Shown here: positions 48,558-60,792 of the stretch, piece by piece | How positions within the stretch are numbered: the first letter of the stretch is position 1 | How the letters are laid out: each line of letters starts with the position of its first letter | Assembly (NCBI GenBank): GCA_052327205.1 | Contig: CM126219.1 | Span: 29,760,001-29,824,000, forward strand | From: Somniosus microcephalus | Taxonomy: Eukaryota | Reading direction: 5' to 3' | DNA: 64,000 nucleotides | Translations under genes and position numbers: made by a program | The notes under the pieces: generated by a model | The model's input: the letters and a program-made list of their open reading frames with translations, nothing else | Told to the model about the DNA's origin: nothing | Databases searched by the model: none

Positions 48558-49719
48558 GTTTATCTCTCCACAGATGCTGCCTGACCTGCTGAGTATTTCC
48601 AACATTTTTTGTTTTTATTAGAGAGATTGGAGGGGTTTAGGGAGGGAATTCCTGAGCTTAGGGCTGAAGGCACAGCCGCCAAAAGGTGGAGCGATGAAAA
48701 TCAGGGATGCGCAAGAGGTCAGAACTGGAGCAACGGAGTGATCTCAGACGGTAGGGTTGGAGGAGGTTTCAGAGATAGGGAAGGGCGAGACCATGGAGGG
48801 ATTTGGAAACAAGAATGAGAATTTTAAAATCGAGGCGTTGCACGTACTTCCATGCATCCAAGCGACTTTCAAACAAAACACCTTTACCTTAAAAATGCTT
48901 TTCTAACATACAAAAGATGATCTACTGTGATGTTGCCAAGAGTTGGCAGTGAGAAGAGGCTGGGAGGGGCAGGTCTCACCTAGAAGTAGAAGTGTAGGAC
49001 CTGGGAGGGTGCCAATAGGCTGGGGTGTGGGAAAAAAAGATAGGCCAGGGATGTGGGAGGGAAGGACAGGAAAAAAAATCTTTAATGGGGGATTAGTTGA
49101 CTCACAGCATTGTAAATGGTGAAGCAAAAAAAAGCAATTTGATAATCTTGCAAACTTAAACACAATTTTAAAATCTTAAATGTACAGCATCTGAAAGAGT
49201 CAGCCACTTTCACCAATGTTGATCCAAATGGACCCTGAACTGTCTGGACCTGTGAAAACAGTAGCAGCAGATTCTGTGAACAATCACTGAAGCATCTTCC
49301 TGGGCTGCTAGGAAGAACGTGAAATAAACTTCAGATAGATTCTCCACACAATGTTATTTAGCTGCATTTAACCGATTTACTCTGTATCCTCCCCACTACT
49401 GAACCGTTCGGTTTCCACACTAACAAACCTCGCAGCCGCCCCCCCTTTGCCCTCCAGCCGGTGCGAAATAATGAAGCCAGGTTTGGTTGAGCAGCTGGGG
49501 GCACAAAAATGAATGACAGTGGGCTGAGATTGTGCCGCAGCATCAGTGCACGTTCTCTGGAGCGGGACCAGGATGGCGCGAGTTACTGGGGCACTTCAAA
49601 ATTGTCGAAATCGGCACCAACCAGGCTTGGTGAACTTGATCAAGAGAGCAGTCAGGCCTGGGCTGGGAGGGAGCAGAGAGGCTGGGCTGGGATAATCCAA
49701 AGAAGCGGAGGCCTGGAAC

Positions 49720-50030
49720 TAGGGTTGCCAACTCTGGTTGGATATATTCCTGGAGGATCCAGCACATGACCTCCTGCCTCCAAGCGCTCCGCCACCACAC
49801 TCCCTCCATTGGCCGCTCGACATGTCCATCCTCATGGTGCAGCTCCTTCCCACTCCAATCGGAGAGTAAATAGACTCTTAGTCAACTGATATTTTTTACA
49901 ACTAATAAACAAGTGTTCAAAGAAAATTAAAAAACACTTTTTTTTAAAAACCCCTATGATTTTTCCCTTGGGCTGCTCACAGCAGTGTCCTAGAGGTTAG
50001 TCTTTAATTCCTGGAGGGTTGGCAACCCTA
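49720..50030. mobile_element. hAT (Tip100-like) MITE, 311 bp
   Basis: Perfect 13-bp TIR TAGGGTTGCCAAC / GTTGGCAACCCTA; 8-bp TSD CCTGGAAC / CCTGGGAC (7/8). Confidence 0.88.
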
Positions 50031-50679
50031 CCTGGGACTGCAGAATGAGAACTGGGCCGGGAGTGCGCCGGGTGGGGCGGGGAGATGTGTCTCCGTTAAT
50101 CACATGACTCAATGTATGAAGAGTCACATGATTACCGTGGAGCAATCAGGCCACTAAACATAGACATTTGGACTATACACCAATCAGCCTTTTATAGACA
50201 CTCACCACACTGGCTTTTGTTAACATGAATACCCCAACGCTGCTTCAGACAGATACACAAAATAGTCAGTTAGCAGAGAAACATCAGTGTGGAAGGACTG
50301 CTGTATACCTGAAGTCACTTGGTTGCTTTCATTTGGGTAAACTGCGAACTCCTTTTGCATGCCACCGGAGGGCAATAGAATTTGGTCACATGAAAACATC
50401 TGTTATAGAAAAAAGTGTTTTGTTGACTAGCAGGGTGAGGTTTTGTGGCTCCCACTGATAACATGGCTGATGAATTTGCACTCCCACTGGAATCCCATCA
50501 TTTTGTTATGACTGGAGTGCTGAATGTGGTGGGGATGATTTTTAATATTGGTATACAACTCTGTTTCACTCATGTTTTGGGAAAATGGGGAAAAACACTA
50601 ATTTCCTTCTATACCCACTTTCTATCATATCCATTCATTCAGTCTCCTTCAGCTAAGAAGTTAGGTGATTAAGCTACAT

Positions 50680-51351
50680 GGGGTAAAAATTCAGTATCGC
50701 CCCGTTTGGGGCGCCATTATCGGCCGTGCGCAAAGTTTAGCGCTTGGCGCTAATTATCGCCTCCGACAGCAAACTTGGCTTTTATCGCCCCTGGAAGTGA
50801 TTGGAGCGCTAAATCAGACGCTTCACACCTGTCTTAAGGCGCAAAGGCCGAGGAACGAGGCGCTACCTCAGAGCGCTGGCGAAGCAAGGAAGGGCAAATC
50901 AAAATAAACCTGCAAAGTGCTGCTCAGTACAAAACTCCTTCACACAGCATTGAATCTCTCCAGAAGTCTCTCTCTCTCTCTCTCTCTGAATGCGTGGTGC
51001 AAAAATGTCACTTAAAAAAAGGCAGGAAGCGGTCGCCTTTAAATAGCGCTCCCCTAGTCCCTTTCTGACAGCATAACGCGCCCCTCAACCTGTCGTTGCT
51101 AGCGGCAGGCGGTAAGGCAGGGAGCGCCACTCAATATCCGGTCCGGGGCACTAACGGGGTGTTGCGCACTCGACTGACTTCACAATCTGCCGGCGCAGGA
51201 GATCATGGCGGTAGTGTTTAGCGCTGCCGCAAAATGTCTAGTTAATTTCGCGAGTGGCGCAAACAGCGTCGCGCCAGGGCGCTAATTGCTTTGCGCCTCA
51301 TTAGTGCCCTAAGGCGCTAACGGGAGGCACAAACAACTGAATTTTTCCCCC
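50680..51351. mobile_element. Second copy of the 33454-34124 element, inverted
   Basis: CAT|GGGGTAAAAATTCAGT ... ACTGAATTTTTCCCCC|CAT; the spurious ORFs at 50665 and 33897 translate almost identically. Confidence 0.87.
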
Positions 51352-53189
51352 CATATGCCTTTAAGACTGTGTGCTCCGCATACTCACCAGTGCAATAAAA
51401 CTTGTCCTGCAATGGTGCACCAACAGGCTGCAAGACGGAGTGGTAGAAATCAGGTGTGTCCTCACAATTGCCCAAACGGTGAGTTCCTCATCTAACCTAT
51501 GCAGCAGGGGAATGAGTGCTTGGAGAGCAGCAGCTCTCGCACAGGGAGCCCAGGTGGGGAGGGGGAAATTGAAATGTAAATCCCCGTGCGCAGCTCTCGA
51601 TATGCAGCTGCACGGTGGTAGCGACAGAGGCCCGTGTGCACTTTATAATCTTCCACAATGGCCAGAAAACGATGGAGAGACTTGGAATATGGGAACGAAA
51701 AATGAGCTCTTTTTCCCCCCCATGAACTAAAATTAAATTTTAGTAAGTTTCTCCCCAGATAGCAAAAGTTAGATCCACAATGCTCCCAAAATTGTTAGGT
51801 GTTGAAAGACCGACACCGTGTCTAAAAAGACAAAGGGGACGTGGGAAAATCTACCCCAAATTTTAGTTCCAGACAATTATCACTTTTATTAAAATAAAAT
51901 AGAACTGACCAAAAAAAAAATGACAATAGACTTGCACAAAAATGTATATTTAAAGTAAACTGGATTGCAATACCCAAGAATAGTTCTCACTATGGGGGTA
52001 AATAATAGCAAAATTGAACCAATCAGAAGTGCTGTTGTTGAGAATTGCATCTTTTCACCCAGGACTCCCTGGTTTTAGCCATTTCTTGTGTTAAACATTC
52101 TGCTTGAAAGCACTGACTGAAGTCACTTAAAGGTGGTAGGAGCCGACATTTGGCACCAGCAAAAACAAGCATTGACACTTGGAGCTTCACGGTTTCCCCT
52201 AACCACTGGCTTAATTTACTATCTACTATTTATTTACTGGCAGCAGAGGTAGAGATTATAGCAGATAAATTAAATATTGCTCTTAAACCTGTAACCTGAA
52301 ATGATTTGCGTGGAACTCTATTCTAAACTACACCACTAGCATCCGGTTAATAAATAAGGTGGTAAAACACAATTTCCTTTTAACAAAAGTAGTAATTCCT
52401 TCCTGGGGCACAGAAAATTTCAGTGGTGCTAAAGCCCTCAAAATAGTGACTTATTGAAGGGCGAAACTCAGTAGCGTACAGCTGATAGATGCAAATTACA
52501 AACAGCCCCATGATTCAATCCCATAATATACTGCTGTGAAACAGCCACCTTAAAGGATGCACTACTGGGCCTGTCACCATGAACTACTTCTTCACCTTAA
52601 AAGCCAAAACTGACACGTTGATGAAGCGGAATGACATTCTAAAAGATGCAATAACAAGAATCACCCATTATCAGAGCATGTACACATGACAGATGTGATA
52701 CGCTTTGTGCGACAGAGCTACCTACACTGGTAACTAGATTGAAACCATCCAAACACATTTCACTTAGTACTTGCAAAGCCATGACAGAGAGAGAGAAAGC
52801 AAGAGAGAGCGCGCGAGGGAGACAGGGAGAGAGAGAGAGAAAAAAAAGAGAGACACACACAATGATTTACATCCCAACATCTGATCCAGCCAAGGTCCCA
52901 AATTCAATTGTCAATTCATTTCTTCCTAAAGCCAGCTGAGACTATTAGTAACACACAGAAAACACTAGCAACAAACATCTCTGCCAAGTTGAAGTCTTTT
53001 CCAAATTTACACAAGATCTGTTGCCTTTCGGAAGCTAAATCCACTTTAATTTGTGGGAAGTGATGTCTTAAATCTTCAAAATATTAACTTATCGATGAAT
53101 AAAACATAAGTGCTTTATTCAACGCCACTATATTTTATCCATTATGCTTCCCCCCCCCCCCCCCCCCCCAAAAAAAATCTCCAATTTTC

Positions 53190-53475
53190 CCTGCTGAAAG
53201 AATCGACTCATACTGAAGTACAGGCCCACAAGGGCTGGCTGTATTCCAATACTTCTCCCAAGTGGCTACTCTTCACGTGACCTTAGAATGAGTGTTGGCA
53301 GACGAATCAACCATGGGGGCATCATAACAGAGCCCGACACTGTCCACACACATGCATTTTCAAACACAAATTACTGGAAAGCCAAAAAGCTGATTTTCTT
53401 TCCCCTTCCATTCTTGGCCTAGAGCCAGAATCCAATGTAGTTCCCGGTCACTGGTCTGGCTGCAACTAACCACTT
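53190..53475 (-). mobile_element. Degraded AmnSINE2-like SINE
   Basis: ccaagtggctactcttcacgtg...gagtgttggcag...gctgattttc...ccaatgtag...gcaactaac; the 3' part resembles the reverse complement of 14500-14600. Confidence 0.45.
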
Positions 53476-55427
53476 GTTTTACATTACAGTAACTCAACAC
53501 AAATTTTTTTCTTAACATGGACAGATAAACTTGGCAATTCCCAGGAAAACAGATTAAATGATGCGCAATACAATAGCAGCACAGAGGTGTATAGAGCATG
53601 CATTTGCACTTGTAATTCCCACATGGAGGTTGAAATTCCACTGCTTCCTATTTTGAGCTCACTGGTCAACATGTTTGTCTCTAATGTTTTATATTTTTAA
53701 CAAATTCACTCACCCGTGCAAAATAAACCATGTGAATGATTTTGTTAACATATTGCACACAAAAATTGGCCACAAATACGTTAACTCATGGGTGAAAAAT
53801 AGTGCACGGAGGGACTGGGAAGCCACGGTGAGTTTCCGATTTCAGACAGGCCAGGACACAGAGTTGCCAAGTAGAAGGTCAGTTGCTTCCCCGCGGCAAA
53901 GGAGGAAAACACAGAGGGTTTGTGCGAATCCGTATGACCAGTTGCAGAGTTGCATAAATGGAGGCCACATCTCAGTCTGTCCCCTCAGGCGCATAACATG
54001 AGGAGAAAATAAAAACTAAAAAAAAAAAAAATGCACAACACAAGGACAGCCAGCTCTTATTTCAAAGTCATTTTTGCTGTCTTATTGACTGGATAATTTG
54101 ATTTTCTTTTCATCAGGAAGAGTCTGTACTGAACCCGTCAAGGTATGAAGCACATTTGTAAAATTTTATTTTATTATAGACTATTGACAAACTTATTGTA
54201 TTATCCATACTCGCAAGTGAAAAATACTGCTGCAAACACGACTGAAGAATCAGCACATGTACCTGGGACTATCGTGGCTTAAAAATTATTTTCAAAGCTG
54301 TGATCTGGGTATGTAAACAGATTTTTATGCTTAAAACCTGCAGCAACAACAAAGCATTTATTCTTCTGTCCTCTGTTGTTCATTGTGTGCCTGTGTTTAT
54401 TCAATGCGTCAACAACTATCACTCAACAGAACTTAATAGGGAACCAGCGCCTCTCGTTTGTAGCCCACACAAACTCCTCTTCGCTTTCCACTGCGCCCGT
54501 ACATCAAATTGTAATGTTAAGTACATAACAGTCAGTCTAGCAGCTGCGTGCAGAGCCTCATTTTCTCGCTCTCTCTCTTTCCCCCCCCCCACCCCACGAT
54601 GTGAAAAATCAATATTTGTACACGGTTTGAAAATTGAAGAGACTATTAGTTTGTAAAAACTGGATTCACCCCCCCTGGAAAACTGGAATCGTTTTTCTGC
54701 ATAAAGATGATATAAACCACATTTGTTTTGTTTTAATTTCAGTGAAGATCATGAGTAAAAAAAAAAATCATGTCATTCTCTAAATTAGCAGAGGTTGAAT
54801 TGTTAACATTAATCAACACAAATGTAGCACAGAGAAGGTTACATGATAGAAAATGTACATATTATGATGAAGACTGGTCAGGGTTGAATATGAACACTGT
54901 TGATGGGAAAGCAATGGGTTCAGCTTTAATAATGCTGGTGTTGGGGGGGGGGGGGGGGGGGGGGAAGTCCTGCCCTGACCCTCCTGTGGCTAATTCAGCC
55001 CAAGCTCCTAAAAAATGACAGCAATGACTGGGAGCAGGTTGCCTCCCTGCTCCTTAGATCAAGCAGTGGTGTATTGTGCAGTAACATTTGAAGATGGACA
55101 GAAAAACATTAATAAGAGATAAATAATATGATTTTTTTACCTTTAATTTTCCTCTTCTGTAAACAGTTGCACTCTTCCAAACTTTATGCGCAATAAGCGA
55201 CCAAATGTCTCCCTTAAAATCCGAGCTAGATCTGACTTGCCAAAATTATTCCGTCAGCTAGTGCAAGGTTGAAGCGATAGCAAGTTGAAATTGAAAACAA
55301 AAATAATTGGAACTTGTTTTTCCCTGAACAAAGCAAAGCTTACTTCTTGTGATGTGTGCCCAGGGTCAGATGAGCTTGAATTTTGGCCTGCATTTGTACT
55401 GAATCTTCAGCTATTGTATTTTAAGAG

Positions 55428-55880
55428 AAAGAGATTGCGCATTTATATAGCGTCTTTCAAGGCCTCAGGATATCCCCAAAAACTTCACTATTTTTGAAGT
55501 GTAGTCATTATTCTAATGTAGGGAAATACAGCAGCCAACTTTGCAAACAGCAAGCTCCCACAAACAGCAATGAGATAAATGACCAGAAAATCTGTTTTAG
55601 TGATGTTGGTTGAGGGATAAATACCGGCCAGGACACCAGGGAGAACTCCCCTGCTCTTCTTCAAATTGTGCCATGGGATCTTCTCCGTCTACCTGAGAGA
55701 GCAAACAAGGCCTTCGTTTAACGTTTCATCCGAGAGACAGCACTCACCATAGTGCAGCACTCTCTCAGTACGGTGCTGAAATGCTAGCCTGGATTATGTG
55801 TTCAAGTCTCTGGAGTGTGGCTTGATCCTATGACCTTTTAACTCAGAGGCAAGATTGCTACTACTGTGCCAAGGCTGACA
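55428..55880 (-). mobile_element. Full-length SacSINE1-like tRNA-headed DeuSINE
   Basis: Minus-strand head tgtcagcctTGGCACAGTAGtag...GGATCAAGCC (A and B boxes), central domain, and L2-type tail ctatataaatgcgc; colinear with 153-454. Confidence 0.85.
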
Positions 55881-57757
55881 CATTGGAGCAAAACATGGAC
55901 AACCCTGTAGTAATTAAATGATATTTCATGGAATAGTGTCAACATCAGGGAGTTTGAGTATCCTGTTTTCCTGCTCTGCCTACTGAGAAATGAATATACA
56001 GAGCTTCAAACAACCTATTCCAAAACACTTAGTCTAGATTCATATAGGGTATGGAAAGGAAGGGTTCATCTTTGAAATTGATCCATTTCAGTCCTAAGCA
56101 ATTTTTTTAGAAATGCTCAGCACATTGGTGCTTCTAGTTTGGACTGAGAAAGCAGTCAATTAAGTAAATAAAAGGCAGCGAATAAAAGGCAGCGAATAGA
56201 TTAACCTTTCACAATTATGGCCTTTCTTCCATTGCCCTTCTTTTAGTCTTTCTGGTTGAGATGGAGCTTCTGCACTTCTATCAAAACCACTTTATCACTG
56301 ACAACTAGGAAGTGTACAAGTGTTCCAGGGTAACACTCGCTCAGATTTCTCTTTCATCCCTGCCAGAGCCACTTAGTCCACACTTGCCACCAGCTTGTGA
56401 CAACATGGGAACTCGCTGAGTTGACATTCTACTACTCTGTGATACGGTTTGTAGAGGTTAAAGCACACTGCTATCATGCCGTCTCCATACATGCAGCTTT
56501 TGTATTGCACAAAAAAGCCATCTTTCTGTTAACTATGAATGCTCAATATATAGCACTGCAAATGTGGAGTACAACGAACATCTAATTCAGAGTTGGTACA
56601 AGGCTTGCCAAACGCTGCAATCAATGCGCACGATCATACTAATTAACAGAAAATAGAAAGTGTCCTTCAAGTACTTGAAGTCTCAATAATTCATTGTGCC
56701 TTTGATGACAACAGTGAAGAACATCGTAGCAACAACAGAACCCACTGGTGGTTACCAGGTCATAATGCACACAAACTACACAATTATTCAGTAAATTACT
56801 GTAAAACAAACAGCTTGGTTGCATCCACTCATGAATTGCTCGATACAAATTCAAAGTGAACATCAGTGCAGCATCTTTTTAAACAACTATTAACATTCCC
56901 TTCACAAGACTCCGTCTCCCAGCAACACCTCTGTAACAGCAGGTTTCACTGACTTCTTTTTTCAATTAAAAAGTGCAGTGTATAATAAGCAAAGAATAAT
57001 GGACAGCTGAGAAGTCAGTAATCCCTAATGGCAAGGTGGGAAGTAAAGAACTGCTTGAGCAGTTTATGACCATAATCTGAACCCAGAAATTAGATTATTA
57101 CCTACTAATCACTCGCACATATTTTTTTATTAAATACGTACGCAGTGTACAGTACAGTTCAGTTGGCAAGAGCAGGGTCTCTTTCTACCCTCCCCCATAT
57201 GCATTTCTTTCATTGCAACACTTGTCTTGATGGGCAACCACAGCCACAACACTCCACACAGTTGACAGATGATGGTATCCTTACTGAGGGATTAATGAGA
57301 GAGATTTGATCACAGTGTCTATCAAAGGGTACAATTCAACTACAAGGGTTATTAAACATGAACTGCATCCTCATGACTGGCGACATTAATAATCTAAATT
57401 TAGATAGTCTCCAATATATAGAAGATATCCATGACAATACACACAAGGTATGTGACAATATGCACATGATATAGAAATCTTTGTAACGTGATGGGAAAAA
57501 TAATTCCCTCCATCAGTTGCATGATAAGAGCTCCCAGTGCTAAAGACTTTCAAATATGTTGTGTGAATGTGAACCAGGGGTCAGCTTCATCTCAACTTGA
57601 ATGGCAAGAGGAGAAATATATGAACCCAAGAGCAAAATACACAGCAACAAGCTTCAAACCAGCAGAAAATAGTGGTGGGAGTACACAGTCTGCAGCGAAC
57701 AGCACAAATCCACGATAGGAACAATAAAACCTCAATGCTACAATACAGTAGGACTAG

Positions 57758-58482
57758 GGGACGAATTTTGCGACCCCGATGGGTGCGTACGAGCCCGTAG
57801 GGGCCGCGCAAGTGCCGGGTTTAGGCATGCAAAGCGCATGCGCTAAAACCCGGCACGTGTGATCTGTCAAGAATCTTCTCGACAGATCGCACGCATCATC
57901 GGGAGATGGGCCTCTGCGGGTGGCGAGTTGTGCTACTTCCGCCCGCTGAAAGGCCATAGAAATCTTACGCCTGGTAAAAACAGGCGTATGGCCTGCTTTT
58001 ACCAGCATGAGTTTAAAACAACAAAAATAAATATTTTTTCATTTAAACTTTAAAAAACCTGTGCAATAAAGGAAGGTTATTTTTAACCCCTTTAAAACAT
58101 TTAAAAATTTATTTTTCAAAAAATTACATTTTTGTTTAAAATATTTAATTAAATGGCATTTTAATTAACTTTATATATCTAATGGTTTTTCTTTATTTAT
58201 TTCAGTGCGTTGGTGCATTTTTGCAGTCATCCCCATTCATACTTTTGACGGATCTATGTGTACGGAACTGTCAAAAGCATGAAGGGGGATTTCCTTCTTT
58301 CATTGGTTCGCCTGGCCCACGTGAACCACATGCGCCCCGGGATACGTGGGTCTCTGCGCATTTCGAAGAGGAGAACCCAGGATCGCAAGCCTCGGGATCT
58401 ACAGAACCAGCAGGTAGGTTCATAGATTTTTTTCTGATCGAGGCATCCGCCCGCAGGAAGCCTCCGATCGGAAATTCAGGGC
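57758..58482. mobile_element. Hairpin-rich non-autonomous DNA transposon, inverted relative of 8653-9284
   Basis: Termini gggacgaatttt / gaaattcagggc; shared motifs tcggaggcttcc, acctacctg and gatctgtc..gacagatc; AT-rich core. TSD not clean. Confidence 0.75.
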
Positions 58483-58889
58483 TTCGATGACAGAAACCCA
58501 AATGAGAAAAAATAAAAATAAGTTTCACTCATGCCGAAGAAATCAAACCCCTCCCTCAATTGGGTGAGTGCATAACTGCTCCAGCCCATGCCGTGGACTA
58601 TTGCCACTTTCTCGAACGCCTGTAATTTGCTCAGTGTCTCGGACTGCACTCACTGGCACTGATTACTTGGGTCATATTAATGCCTTGGACATTCTACCAG
58701 CCACCCACCCACCTCTCCGTGAGCTGGTCAGTGCTTTGGAATGGGCTGCCAGAACCGAGAAGAGCAGTATCTTGGAATATTTTCCCACCTACACGTTTTT
58801 CTAGATAAAACATCCACCACACAGATGAGAGGGACAAAAAGCTAACAATGTACTGAAGAGCATTTAATAGAAATCTTGGAAAGGGTGTA

Positions 58890-59160
58890 AAACATAAGAA
58901 ACAGGAGCAGGAGTCGGCCAATCGGCCCCTCGAGCCTGCTCCACCATTCAATAAGATCATGGCTGATCCAATCTTGGCCTTAACTCCACTTTCCCGCCCA
59001 ATCCTCATACCCCTTGACTCCCCGGTAGCTCAAATATCTGTCTAGCTCAGCCTTGACTATATTCACTGACTCGGCCTACACAGCTCTTTGGGGTAGAGAA
59101 TTCCAAAGATTCACGACCCTCAGAAGAAATTCCTCCTCATCTCCGTCTTAAATGGGCGAA
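58890..59160 (-). mobile_element. CR1 3' fragment
   Basis: aacataagaaacaggagcaggagtcggcc tail; homologous to 4443-4700. Confidence 0.88.
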
Positions 59161-60792
59161 CCATAAAAGTCCAAAATAACTGAAATTGGGACAGCGTGAG
59201 CTTATTTTGCATAAGTGCTCCTGCAATCAGTGATTGTCAAATATTGGGATATTTCGCTATTAAATATGATTCGTAATCATTATTAGAAATTGATGAAGCA
59301 ATACTCTGCTCATCCTGCAAAAATAACAGGACAAATTCGTGCAGAGTGGAGATTACAATTTCTGTACACTAATGGTTTTCCATGACTGGTTTGCATCTCA
59401 AATAAGTTAACTGCTGAAAAGTTCCAGTGCGGTGTGCTTGAAAAATTTGCATAACAGTAACCAAGGTCGCAACAAAGTCTGGCGACATCACCACCGTGAA
59501 ATTTTAAAAAGAGAAACTCCACCCCTTGCTCAGAGCCAACGGTGACAAATGCTCACAACAGTGCACGGTGCCGAGCTGTGAAGAAACACTGCTCATTAAC
59601 ACCAGCTTCCCACCACCAAGGGGCTGCCAACCCTCTCTTTTCAACAGCACACACCAATGAGGACGGCATCGCTTTAATCTGCTCAATACATTTCACAGAA
59701 GTTTTGGCTCACACCTTTCATGGTGGAGGGTTGATATGGAGCAAATGTCACGCCTACAATGTGTAATTACAGCAACCCCACGCTGGCTTGCAGGAGAGAA
59801 AGGAGTGCTTCAGTTAGCCTGAATCGTCTGTGGCAACATAAAATCAGCATGATCCCATACTTGAAGCACTAGCAAATGGTTCTAAATGTGCGTGGCACAA
59901 TTTTCAAATTTAAACTGCATTCGAAAGATGTTGGGTTCCATCAAGGTCCAGTGGTCATTTGCAAAGATGACTTACTTGCTCATTAAACCAATAAATTGTA
60001 TCTACTGTATTTTAAAAGTTCCCCTTTCAAACTGCTAACACAGGCAATTGTGGACACTACACAGCCAAAAAACGAAGGAACAAGGTGTTATATTGCGAAT
60101 TGATGTTGGGCTCTCTTTTGATATAATGTACAGGACAAACAGGATAAAAATGGGCCACATACTCACACCTGGTGTTGTGTGGCACACAAATGACTAATGC
60201 ACCGTATGATGTAAACAGAGTAACTCCTACATTCATCAAGGCAGAACAGCTAATATTTGAGAATAGGATACGCTACATTAGTGTGTAGGGAATCAGTATT
60301 CATTTATCCATCATCTCAGCTTGCTGTTGCTAATCTATGGCAGGTTCAGATTCCTGTTGCTGAATCCACTTAGAGGATTACAAAGCTTCAATAAAGCTTC
60401 TTAAAGTTTCCAGATATACATGAGTGCTGCAGCACAATTAAATTATTCACATCTCTGCATTATAGGGTGCAAAAATCAGGAAAATGAACCAGCTTCTAAT
60501 ACTGCATCCGGATTAATCAAATACTACCATATTGTACCGGTTTCATTCACAATTTGAAAAACTTATACCAGCTTCTTGACACCAGGTTTCAGCACCAAAA
60601 TTGAGGCGTGAAGGACACACCAGACAGATGTAGCAGTCCGATTAAGAGTACAATTTCCATAAGATGGACCATGTGCAATGCACAACAGCACTAGCTTTGT
60701 AGAGTTATCCTGGATCGGAGTACAGAAAGCCACTTATAAATTAAACACCATTTCCAGGATTCATGTAAATTGCTGCACCCAGAACAACCTGA

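Larger units (their letters stand above)
46981..48618 (+). mobile_element. Penelope-like retroelement, 5'-truncated and decayed (RT, GIY-YIG, terminal repeat)
   Basis: QIKDVAMG and RYIDD (RT); FLD...HYKPTNSHSYLDYTSSHP (thumb); FTCTS..LVYCVCCSRCG|LLYIG (GIY-YIG); 9-bp TSD TAGAGAGAT at 46972-46980 and 48619-48627. Confidence 0.92.
46861..48842 (-). mobile_element. L2 3' fragment split by a Penelope insertion (pieces 46861-46980, 48619-48842)
   Basis: Both pieces are the reverse complement of parts of 7025-7400; ORF 48609 resembles ORF 7006. Confidence 0.8.

Noticed and set aside
33897-50907. Two near-identical 80-91 aa ORFs (33897-34172 and 50665-50907) as paralogous small proteins
   Set aside because: Both lie in copies of one MITE, and their start codons come from unrelated flanks.
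55800-55880. tRNA gene
   Set aside because: Degenerate tRNA-derived SINE head continuous with the SINE body; no full cloverleaf.
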